Below, piece after piece: positions 25,072-31,546 of a DNA stretch of 34,014 nucleotides. Position 1 is the stretch's first letter. Every line of letters begins with the position of its first letter. The notes below the pieces were generated by a model. The model was not told the DNA's origin. It did not search any database and saw nothing but the letters and a program-made list of their open reading frames with translations. This DNA comes from Deltaproteobacteria bacterium (GTDB lineage: Bacteria > Desulfobacterota > G020345765): the NCBI GenBank assembly GCA_030616835.1, contig JAUWWP010000001.1:1-34014 (forward strand). Reading direction: 5' to 3'. A program made the position numbers and the translations under genes.

Positions 25072-26061
25072 CTACTTGCCGGTCCGCCTAAGGGAGCGAG
25101 GAATACGATCCAGCTTGAAGACGGTGATGAACTCACTGTTCAAGCTAATCCACAGCTTCTCGGCGATGATGGCGTTGGTCAGTGATTCCCGGAAGCCCAT
25201 CCAGTCCTCGAACAGCTCAGGGTCTTTACCGACCATAATGAAATCCGGCGCCTCAACCGTACCGCTCTGGATCCTTAGCTTCTGATCGTCAATAAGAATG
25301 GCGAAGGGGCCACCGGCGGTCTTGACCTGGATCGAGCGCCGCCATCCCTTCAGGTCCTTTTGCGCCCGCTCGCTGGTTGCGACCTTCCCGGCCAGTTCGC
25401 TAAGCCGCTCCAGAACCCGCTCTAGGGCTTTTTTGCCCTCGGGCGTAGGCCCCGGAACCGAGGGCTCTTCCGGGCTTGTCCAATCCAGCTCGCTTTCCTG
25501 CAGCCCTTTTTTCTTTTGCTGCTCCTTAGAAAGCTCACTTAAGGGAACGGCGAAGATATCGGTGGGATTGCCCAGACGCTCGTCTCGGAAGACGATCTTC
25601 ACTTCCATCCCTTTCTTAAAGACTCGGGGCGTCAAGATCCCTTTAGTGGTATAGACATGGATAGGCAGGGCGGTATCTGCACCCTTTAGCAGTACCCGCC
25701 CCCGCCCGAAGGGTACTTGATGCTGGAACAGGGAGTGGGCAAAGTAGGTGATGGGCGGGGTTGAGTTCATTACGCCCGTGTCGGGCAGCTCGATAGGCTC
25801 CATCTGTTCAAACTCGCACTCAGGGCAATAGAGTTCAAATAGCGGAACCCGAACCACGCCACACTTGGTGCACCGGACCCCCAGGATCACCTTTCGCTCC
25901 TTGAGGGCGAGGAAAAAAGGAGATTGCTCTCCTTTGGTCCGCTTATAGAAGCTGAACATGGCCTCGTTGGTCTGGAGGAAGCGCTCGCCGTCCACCTCCA
26001 GAATCTCGGAGCCCACATCCGGGATTAGCTCTAGGGGGATAACCTTTTGTCGAGTAGGCAT
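25072..26061 (-). CDS. DUF35 (zinc-ribbon + OB-fold) protein fused to an SCP2-like sterol-carrier domain
   Basis: RCTKCGVVRVPLFELYCPEC zinc ribbon, then an OB-fold region. The C-terminal ~100 aa (FAILIDDQKLRIQSGTVEAPDFIMVGKDPELFEDWMGF...) is SCP2-like. Start set at MPTRQKV (GGAGG 7-8 nt upstream); the listed ORF extends to 26094. Confidence 0.7.
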   Translation of the reverse strand: MPTRQKVIPLELIPDVGSEILEVDGERFLQTNEAMFSFYKRTKGEQSPFFLALKERKVILGVRCTKCGVVRVPLFELYCPECEFEQMEPIELPDTGVMNSTPPITYFAHSLFQHQVPFGRGRVLLKGADTALPIHVYTTKGILTPRVFKKGMEVKIVFRDERLGNPTDIFAVPLSELSKEQQKKKGLQESELDWTSPEEPSVPGPTPEGKKALERVLERLSELAGKVATSERAQKDLKGWRRSIQVKTAGGPFAILIDDQKLRIQSGTVEAPDFIMVGKDPELFEDWMGFRESLTNAIIAEKLWISLNSEFITVFKLDRIPRSLRRTGK

Positions 26062-26080
26062 CTTCAATAACCTCCTTTCC

Positions 26081-26154
26081 CCCCCGATGTCCATCGGGGG
26101 GTTAACGCCACTAAATCCCCCCCCTTTGAAAAAGGGGGGTCAGGGGGGATTTTA
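26081..26154. repeat. two GC-rich palindromes in the thiolase-DUF35 intercistronic spacer
   Basis: CCCCCCCGATGTCCATCGGGGGG (26081-26103) is the reverse-orientation copy of the 17948-17965 hairpin. AAATCCCCCCCCTTTGAAAAAGGGGGGTCAGGGGGGATTT (26115-26154) is homologous to 21981-22026. Confidence 0.75.
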
Positions 26155-26157
26155 ATC

Positions 26158-27360
26158 TTAATTCCTCCTTTCAATGATTAGCGCACAGCCGTACTGGGCG
26201 ACGGTGGAGCCGGTCCCGTGGACCAGGCCTCGCTCGAATCCCTTGCTGATGAGCTCGCGCCGGGCACTCCAGCAGGAGAACATATTGGAGCCGCCTACGA
26301 AATGGCCGCCGTAGGTAAGCCCTCCACTGGGATTCACTGAAATAGGGCCGCCGGGCACCATCAGGCCCTCCTTGATCAGGTCATCGGAGCGACCCAGGGG
26401 CACAAAACCCATCTCGGCCATCGTGATCTGGAGCTGCTTGATGAATGCATCATGCAGCTCAATTACCTGGATCTGTTTCCGCGGGTCGGTAACCCCGGCC
26501 ATCCGGTAGGCTGCCTGGGCAGCGAGGTGGTCCGAAAGGATGCGGTGCATCAGCTTGTGGCGTTCGTCCTTACCGGCGACATGGTGCTCGTTGGCGGCTC
26601 CCACCCCGGTTATCCAGATGGGAGGGTTCCCGGCGTTCTTGCAGATAGCCTCAGCCTTCTTTCTCTCCGCGAAGATGATCACCCCGGCCCCCTCGGTGTA
26701 AACGCAGGTCTCCAGGAGCTTGAAGGGGTAGACCACATACCGGGAGTTCATGGCCATCTCCGCAGTAACGTTCTCCCCGTGGCGCTGAGCATAGGGGTTA
26801 TTCTGGGCCTGCTGGCAAAGGATCTCGGTGATTTGGGCCGAGACCTCGTCGCTCAGGTCATCCGGGTATTCATCCATGTAGGCTAAGACCACCTCGGCAT
26901 AGCTGTCCGAGGCGGTCCAGCCCAGCTCGCGCTCATAGAAGGTATCTCCGGACCAGCCGATAGTCTTGATCACCTCGGGGGTGGAGGTCATCGAGTCGAA
27001 GTCAAAGCAATCGGTTGCCTTTTCCACCCCCAGGCAGAGCACAATGTCGTAAAGCCCGCTGGCCACCCAGGTGTAGGCTGAAATCATGGCGTAGGCCCCG
27101 GTGGCACCGCCACAGCTCACCCGCATGCCGGGCTTATTGGCCATCCCGATTATCCCCTGCAGCGGGTGCTCGGGAATGGCCGATAGCTCGAAGATGTCGT
27201 TGTAGATCCCGTAGACAACTGCATCGACCTCCTTGATTGAAATGCCGGCATCCTTTAGGGCGGACTTAACTGCCATCTGAGATAGCCCCCAGTAGGTCTT
27301 CTCGACCCAGCGTCCCTTGCAGGGGGTCACCCCTGCTCCGATAATGGCTACTTCTTTCAT
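26158..27360 (-). CDS. thiolase-fold protein (SCP-x / DUF35-associated thiolase type)
   Basis: 400 aa. MKEVAIIGAGVTP..., active-site-like MRVSCGGATGAYAM and C-terminal NPSGGL...HGTGSTVAQYGCALIIE. GGAG lies upstream of the ATG. Confidence 0.8.
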   Translation of the reverse strand: MKEVAIIGAGVTPCKGRWVEKTYWGLSQMAVKSALKDAGISIKEVDAVVYGIYNDIFELSAIPEHPLQGIIGMANKPGMRVSCGGATGAYAMISAYTWVASGLYDIVLCLGVEKATDCFDFDSMTSTPEVIKTIGWSGDTFYERELGWTASDSYAEVVLAYMDEYPDDLSDEVSAQITEILCQQAQNNPYAQRHGENVTAEMAMNSRYVVYPFKLLETCVYTEGAGVIIFAERKKAEAICKNAGNPPIWITGVGAANEHHVAGKDERHKLMHRILSDHLAAQAAYRMAGVTDPRKQIQVIELHDAFIKQLQITMAEMGFVPLGRSDDLIKEGLMVPGGPISVNPSGGLTYGGHFVGGSNMFSCWSARRELISKGFERGLVHGTGSTVAQYGCALIIERRN

Positions 27361-27392
27361 AGGACACTCCTTTTTGGTTGTTTCCTACCTGC

Positions 27393-27420
27393 ATTATAAA
27401 AAATTTAATAAATAATACAA
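27393..27420 (-). promoter_or_regulatory. candidate sigma70 promoter of the thiolase operon
   Basis: Minus strand reads TTGTAT (27420-27415), 16 nt, TATAAT (27398-27393), about 30 nt upstream of the thiolase ATG. Confidence 0.4.
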
Positions 27421-27432
27421 CTGAAATGATAA

Positions 27433-27457
27433 AATCCCAAATCCCAACTCCCAAATC
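27433..27457. repeat. heptanucleotide tandem repeat (AATCCCA-like)
   Basis: AATCCCA AATCCCA ACTCCCA AATC read directly. Confidence 0.7.
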
Positions 27458-27486
27458 AATTAAATCACAATTAATAAAGTGGACCC

Positions 27487-27523
27487 AATTCGTATAATTC
27501 GTGAAATTCGTGGTTCAAATCCC
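27487..27523 (+). repeat. nonamer-triplet element, copy 2
   Basis: AATTCGTATA ATTCGTGAA ATTCGTGGT TCAAATCCC. Confidence 0.7.
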
Positions 27524-27550
27524 AAATCCCCTATAGATTTTAGATTTCAA

Positions 27551-27585
27551 AATCTACAATCTATAATCTACAATCTGCAATCTAT
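27551..27585. repeat. heptanucleotide tandem repeat (AATCTRY) x5
   Basis: AATCTAC AATCTAT AATCTAC AATCTGC AATCTAT, preceded by inverted AGATTTT AGATTTC units. Confidence 0.8.
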
Positions 27586-27633
27586 CATCTTTGCATTTTT
27601 AATGGTATATTCAACTGTGCCGGGAGAAGTAAG

Positions 27634-28620
27634 ATGGCGAAGGTATACGAAAAGATCGTAACTCATGGGGATTTTGATGGGGTGATTAGCGCGGCAATCT
27701 GCTCTTATACCCTGAGGGTGGATAAAGTAATGTTTGCCGGCCCCTCAACCATTACCAAATCCCTCATTTCTATATCTGATAGGGATATTGTTTGTGACCT
27801 TCCTTACCCTCTGGAGTGTGGGCTATGGTTTGACCATCACGAGGGTAATATTCTCGATTTAGAGTATCGTCGAATCAATCCCGAGGAAATTCCCGGTAGC
27901 TTCTCCCTGAAAAATAGCTGTGCTCGGGTTGTTTATCAGTACTTCGCCAAATCGTGTGAACTACCTTCCCGTTTTCTCGAAGCAGTAAAGGAGGCTGATA
28001 GGATTGACAGCTTCAATTATCAGAGCATCGAGGAGTGGCGAAAAGAGACGCCGGGGAAGATAATTGATTGTTCGATTAAGGCCCAGCAAGGCCCGCCCCG
28101 GGACCGGGATAAGTATCTGCGGCAGTTGGTAGAGTGGATCAGGGATGATGCTTTAGCGAAGGTTGCCACCTTTCCCCCAGTTGTGGATAGCTTTCAGGCA
28201 TATAAGGCCGACGAAGCGGGAATGCTCAAGATGATCCAAAAAAGCTCTTACTTTATCCCGGCAGACAGAAGGCAAGAGATAGTTATAATTGACCTGACCA
28301 AATACCGGCATCAGGCAGGGTTAATTAAACACTTTGCCTTCCTCTTGAATCCCAAGACCCTGGCAGTGCTGGAGATCAAGAGCATTTTTGATATGGGGGT
28401 AAAAACCAATAATCTTTCCTTTTCCATGGCGTTAAGCCTTAATCTGGCTAATAAGGAGTACCATAAAGATATTGGGGAGATAATGCGCAGACTCAATATT
28501 GGCGACGGGCACAGAGGAGCAGCAGCAGGTACAGTAAGCTGCCAGTCAAAAGCAGAGATGCTGAAAGAAAAGGAAAGAATTTTAAATAAGATCTTCCAGT
28601 TGTGGACTGAGCAGGCATAA
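27634..28620 (+). CDS. DHH/DHHA1-family phosphoesterase (NrnA-like)
   Basis: 328 aa. Motif I VTHGDFDGVISAAI, motif III WFDHHEGN, motif IV-like ADRIDSF and DHHA1 GDGHRGAAAGT. Confidence 0.75.
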   Translation: MAKVYEKIVTHGDFDGVISAAICSYTLRVDKVMFAGPSTITKSLISISDRDIVCDLPYPLECGLWFDHHEGNILDLEYRRINPEEIPGSFSLKNSCARVVYQYFAKSCELPSRFLEAVKEADRIDSFNYQSIEEWRKETPGKIIDCSIKAQQGPPRDRDKYLRQLVEWIRDDALAKVATFPPVVDSFQAYKADEAGMLKMIQKSSYFIPADRRQEIVIIDLTKYRHQAGLIKHFAFLLNPKTLAVLEIKSIFDMGVKTNNLSFSMALSLNLANKEYHKDIGEIMRRLNIGDGHRGAAAGTVSCQSKAEMLKEKERILNKIFQLWTEQA

Positions 28621-28746
28621 ACCAAATCCCAATCCGCCTTCGTCCACCTTTGGTGGACTATGGCGGACAAGTCCGCCGTAGCTTTCAGCCTTCGTAGCCC
28701 AGCCACCTTCGCCGGGCCGAATCCCAAATCCCAAAAGGGAAAATTG

Positions 28747-28782
28747 TTTCGTGAAATTCGTGAAATTCGTGGTTCAAATTCC
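28747..28782 (+). repeat. nonamer-triplet element, copy 3
   Basis: TTTCGTGAA ATTCGTGAA ATTCGTGGT TCAAATTCC. Confidence 0.7.
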
Positions 28783-28812
28783 AATAATCAATCAATAGGA
28801 GTCATTTTTTGG

Positions 28813-28840
28813 TTGACATCTACACATTTTGTTATATACT
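28813..28840 (+). promoter_or_regulatory. candidate sigma70 promoter of the AbiEi-like gene
   Basis: TTGACA (28813-28818), 16 nt, TATACT (28835-28840), about 40 nt upstream of the ATG at 28882. AGAGG ribosome-binding site. Confidence 0.45.
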
Positions 28841-28881
28841 AATGTAAAAATAGTATCCGATAATTATTCCAGAGGTAATTA

Positions 28882-29682
28882 ATGAATAGAAATAATACAT
28901 TAAAAAGATTAGGGCCTAAAGAGACAGAGGTTATTGCTCGGTTGAGCTATGAAAAGAAGATAATAGTGACGGCCGACAATCTTGATTCCTTATTTGATTT
29001 TTCTCCCGAAGACAGACGGCAGATAGTTTTTCGTTTAAAAAAGAAAAGTATATTGACTCCGATAAAACGAGGTGTTTATCTATTTTCTCCCCTGGAAGCA
29101 GGGCCCGGAGGGACGGGCATTGATGAATTGCTTGTCCCCCCCCTTTATTTCCCTCAAAATAACTACTATGTCGGATATTCAACAATGTTTAACTATTACG
29201 GATTTACCGAGCAGCTTTTTCAAACAGTGTATGTTTTAAATACTTCTTTTCGTAAAGAAAAAAATATATGTGGCATCGCCTTTAAATTCTTAAAGGTTTC
29301 AGAAAATCGTATGTATGGGCTGGAAAAGATAAATGTTAAAGATAAGGAGGTTATAGTTAGCTCTAAAGAGCGGACACTAATAGATCTTTTGTATTTCAAT
29401 AAACCTGTCGGAGGGATAAGCTCAGCAGTTCAGATTTTTAAAAAATTCATCGAAGAAAAACGATGCAATATAAAAAAGGTTGTGGAATATGCCGCCCGTT
29501 TTCCAAATGTAACGACGAGAAAGCGCATCGGTGTAATATTAGAGGAGTCAGGTATTTCAGATTCAAAGCTGAAACCACTCATAAAAAGTGTAGAAAAAAC
29601 AGCTATTAGTTCACTCAATAGGACACGCAGAGGAAAGCTTAACAAGAAATGGAGAGTCATAATTAATGATTCACAAGAATAA
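28882..29682 (+). CDS. AbiEi / COG5340-like transcriptional regulator (type IV TA antitoxin family)
   Basis: 266 aa. N-terminal wHTH-like region ending in KRGVYLFSP, then YYVGYSTMFNYYGFTEQLFQTVYV, KERTLIDLL and C-terminal KKWRVIIN, as in AbiEi-type proteins. Confidence 0.65.
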   Translation: MNRNNTLKRLGPKETEVIARLSYEKKIIVTADNLDSLFDFSPEDRRQIVFRLKKKSILTPIKRGVYLFSPLEAGPGGTGIDELLVPPLYFPQNNYYVGYSTMFNYYGFTEQLFQTVYVLNTSFRKEKNICGIAFKFLKVSENRMYGLEKINVKDKEVIVSSKERTLIDLLYFNKPVGGISSAVQIFKKFIEEKRCNIKKVVEYAARFPNVTTRKRIGVILEESGISDSKLKPLIKSVEKTAISSLNRTRRGKLNKKWRVIINDSQE

Positions 29683-29953
29683 AGAAGAATTTTATTTTGT
29701 TTTACGGCATGGATTTAATCTTGCTGATAAGAAAATAATGGACCTTTTAAAAAGGAAGCTTGAGGAAGATAACAAAGATACTGATCTTGATAAATATCAC
29801 ATCAATTTAGGAAGAAAAGATAAGGAAATCCGTGATATGAAATCACGGATTAAAGAGGAGCTTTTTGAGGTATTGACTCCTAATGAAAGAAAAAATTTTG
29901 ATATTGATCAAGCACTAAAAAGGATTAACGAAGCTATGGGTCGAAGGGAATAG
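29666..29953 (+). CDS. hypothetical 95-aa charged protein in the position normally held by AbiEii
   Basis: Overlaps the AbiEi-like gene by 17 nt; GGAGAG lies 9 nt upstream. The first residues MIHKNKEEF resemble AbiEii N-termini, but no nucleotidyltransferase core is present. Confidence 0.45.
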   Translation: MIHKNKEEFYFVLRHGFNLADKKIMDLLKRKLEEDNKDTDLDKYHINLGRKDKEIRDMKSRIKEELFEVLTPNERKNFDIDQALKRINEAMGRRE

Positions 29954-30042
29954 AAAGGCTCAGGCCCGCAGTTATATGAACAGGATTCAGCCGTCAATAT
30001 ATATTTCCCTCTCCCCTGCCTGTTTTTGTAGGGGCTTGATTT

Positions 30043-30073
30043 TCAGCCTTCGTAGCCACTACGGCGAAGTAGG
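30043..30073. repeat. 31-bp repeat, exact inverted copy of 24805-24835
   Basis: See 24805-24835. Confidence 0.8.
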
Positions 30074-30149
30074 CTATCAAGCCCGCCACCTTAAAATCCC
30101 CTCTCCCCAGTTTGGGAGACAGGCCTGTCGAAGGAGTGAGGGGGATCTT

Positions 30150-30184
30150 AATCTAAAATCTGTAATCTGAAATCTACAATCTAA
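30150..30184. repeat. heptanucleotide tandem repeat (AATCTNN) x5
   Basis: AATCTAA AATCTGT AATCTGA AATCTAC AATCTAA. Confidence 0.8.
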
Positions 30185-30306
30185 TAAAATTGCCTACGGT
30201 AATTTTTGTTGATTGAGCCCACAAAGTGGGATAAGATAAAGCAGGCTGGGAAAGGGTCGAGATAGCAGTAGAGAAGGAAGAAATAAGGAGAAAATCTTTG
30301 AATATT

Positions 30307-30364
30307 CGGATTTAGTAGCGGAAGTTAGATGAAAACAGCGCAACAAGTAAACAACGTGGTCTCC
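30307..30364 (+). repeat. 58-nt direct repeat, left copy (partner 32514-32571)
   Basis: An ungapped hand alignment gives 42 of 58 identical positions, with a 25-nt core AAACAGCGCAACAAGTAAACAACGT carrying 3 mismatches. Confidence 0.6.
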
Positions 30365-30424
30365 TGATTCCCCCTTATATCTTATGTAAGTTTCCCAACT
30401 ACTAACTTGACTAAATTATATGAC

Positions 30425-30455
30425 TTGACAAACGGGTCAAATTGTTTTATATAAT
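30425..30455 (+). promoter_or_regulatory. promoter abutting the start codon (leaderless-type arrangement), with TTGAC repeats
   Basis: TTGACA (30425-30430), then 17 nt to TATATA or 19 nt to TATAAT (30450-30455). The ATG is at 30461 with no Shine-Dalgarno sequence. TTGAC occurs at 30407 and 30425, and inverted as GTCAA at 30436. Confidence 0.45.
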
Positions 30456-30460
30456 CAGGC

Positions 30461-31546
30461 ATGAAGGTTCCATCCGAAAAGCAGGCCATACCTCAGATCG
30501 TTAAGGCTCTATCAGACCTAGTCAACGTTAGCCATAATGATGTACGAGTGATACAGGAGCCATGTGCACCGGATGCTGACGCCGTAATGGAGGCAGGTCC
30601 GTTCACCTTCGTGGTTGAGTGGAAAGGCTCAAGTAGCGCGGGTTCGGTCGCGATTGCTGCTGACCAAGCTCGGAGGTACGCACGCCTATTTGGCCAGCAC
30701 GCCATCCCCTTGGTTGCGGTTCCGTTCATGGGTAAAGTTGGGCGTGAGCGGTGTGCTGAGGCCGTGGTTGCGTGGATGGACCTTTCGGGTAATGCCAGGA
30801 TTATTGCCCCTGGCCTCCGCATAATTATGGAAGGGCAACCTAATCGATTCAAGAGCAGGGGACGTCCATCCACGGCCTTCGCACCGAAGAGTTCCCGGAT
30901 CGCACGTTGGTTACTCATGCATCCCGACCAACCTATTACTCAGAGAGAGATAGCACGGGCCACGGATATGGATGAAGGCTTTACCAGCCGTATAGTTGCT
31001 AAACTTGAGGAAGATAACCTCATCTTCCGCGATAATGAGGGAGCAATCAAACCCCGCGATCCAGACCTGCTGCTCGATGCTTGGCGAGAGGGGTATGACT
31101 TTTTCAAGCATCACATCATTCGAGGTCACATTCCCGCAAGATCTGGTGATGCTCTTCTGCATCAGGTCGCGGATGCCCTGGTTGACTCATCTGTGGCTTA
31201 TGCCGCTACCGGCCTGGCGGCAGCATGGCTTTGGAACCATTTCGCGGGTTTCCGGATAGTTACCATGTACCTGCGCGAAGATCCGTCGCCGCAACTGCTT
31301 GAGAGTATCTCTTTTCGTGAGGACAACCGTGGCGCGAATGTCTGGCTCGTAGTCCCAAACGACATGGGCGTATTCCACGAGGCAAAAAAACGTGAGGGAG
31401 TCTATTGCGTGCATCCTGTCCAGGCCTACCTCGATCTTAAAAACCACCCTGAGAGGTCTACTGAGGCAGCGGAGAAACTACGAGCCGAGCACTTGAGTTG
31501 GAGGAAAGATGGCAGAGCCGACAACCGCTGCCGGGTACAGGAGTAA
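30461..31546 (+). CDS. AbiEi-like wHTH regulator with an N-terminal PD-(D/E)xK-like domain
   Basis: 361 aa. N-terminal PDADAVMEAGPFTFVVEWK is a D...ExK pattern. Central ITQREIARATDMDEGFTSRIVAKLEEDNLIF is wHTH-like. The C-terminal half (LLLDAWREGY...YAATGLAAAW...VHPVQAYLDL) resembles AbiEi C-domains. Confidence 0.5.
   Translation: MKVPSEKQAIPQIVKALSDLVNVSHNDVRVIQEPCAPDADAVMEAGPFTFVVEWKGSSSAGSVAIAADQARRYARLFGQHAIPLVAVPFMGKVGRERCAEAVVAWMDLSGNARIIAPGLRIIMEGQPNRFKSRGRPSTAFAPKSSRIARWLLMHPDQPITQREIARATDMDEGFTSRIVAKLEEDNLIFRDNEGAIKPRDPDLLLDAWREGYDFFKHHIIRGHIPARSGDALLHQVADALVDSSVAYAATGLAAAWLWNHFAGFRIVTMYLREDPSPQLLESISFREDNRGANVWLVVPNDMGVFHEAKKREGVYCVHPVQAYLDLKNHPERSTEAAEKLRAEHLSWRKDGRADNRCRVQE

Noticed and set aside
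24819-25285. ORFs 24819-25091, 24976-25185 and 24983-25285, plus 27479-27661, 28660-28842, 29976-30170, 25958-26155 and 17810-18094
   Set aside because: They read straight through intergenic repeat elements (REIRGSN, IHPFT-IHPFT, PLKKGGQGG and similar) or overlap real genes, and have no RBS. They are translation artefacts of repeats.
27505-27523. GGTTCAAATCC looks like a tRNA T-arm/T-loop (also at 28771 and, as GGCTCAAATCC, at 24990)
   Set aside because: The flanking bases cannot form a T stem (CGTGG against CCCAA). No acceptor, D or anticodon arms are discernible. The motif belongs to the nonamer repeat element present in three copies.
17901-30184. Possible CRISPR arrays among the many short repeats
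   Set aside because: The repeats are 7-9 nt units in direct tandem or isolated palindromes. There is no series of 25-40 bp repeats separated by unique spacers, and no cas genes are present.
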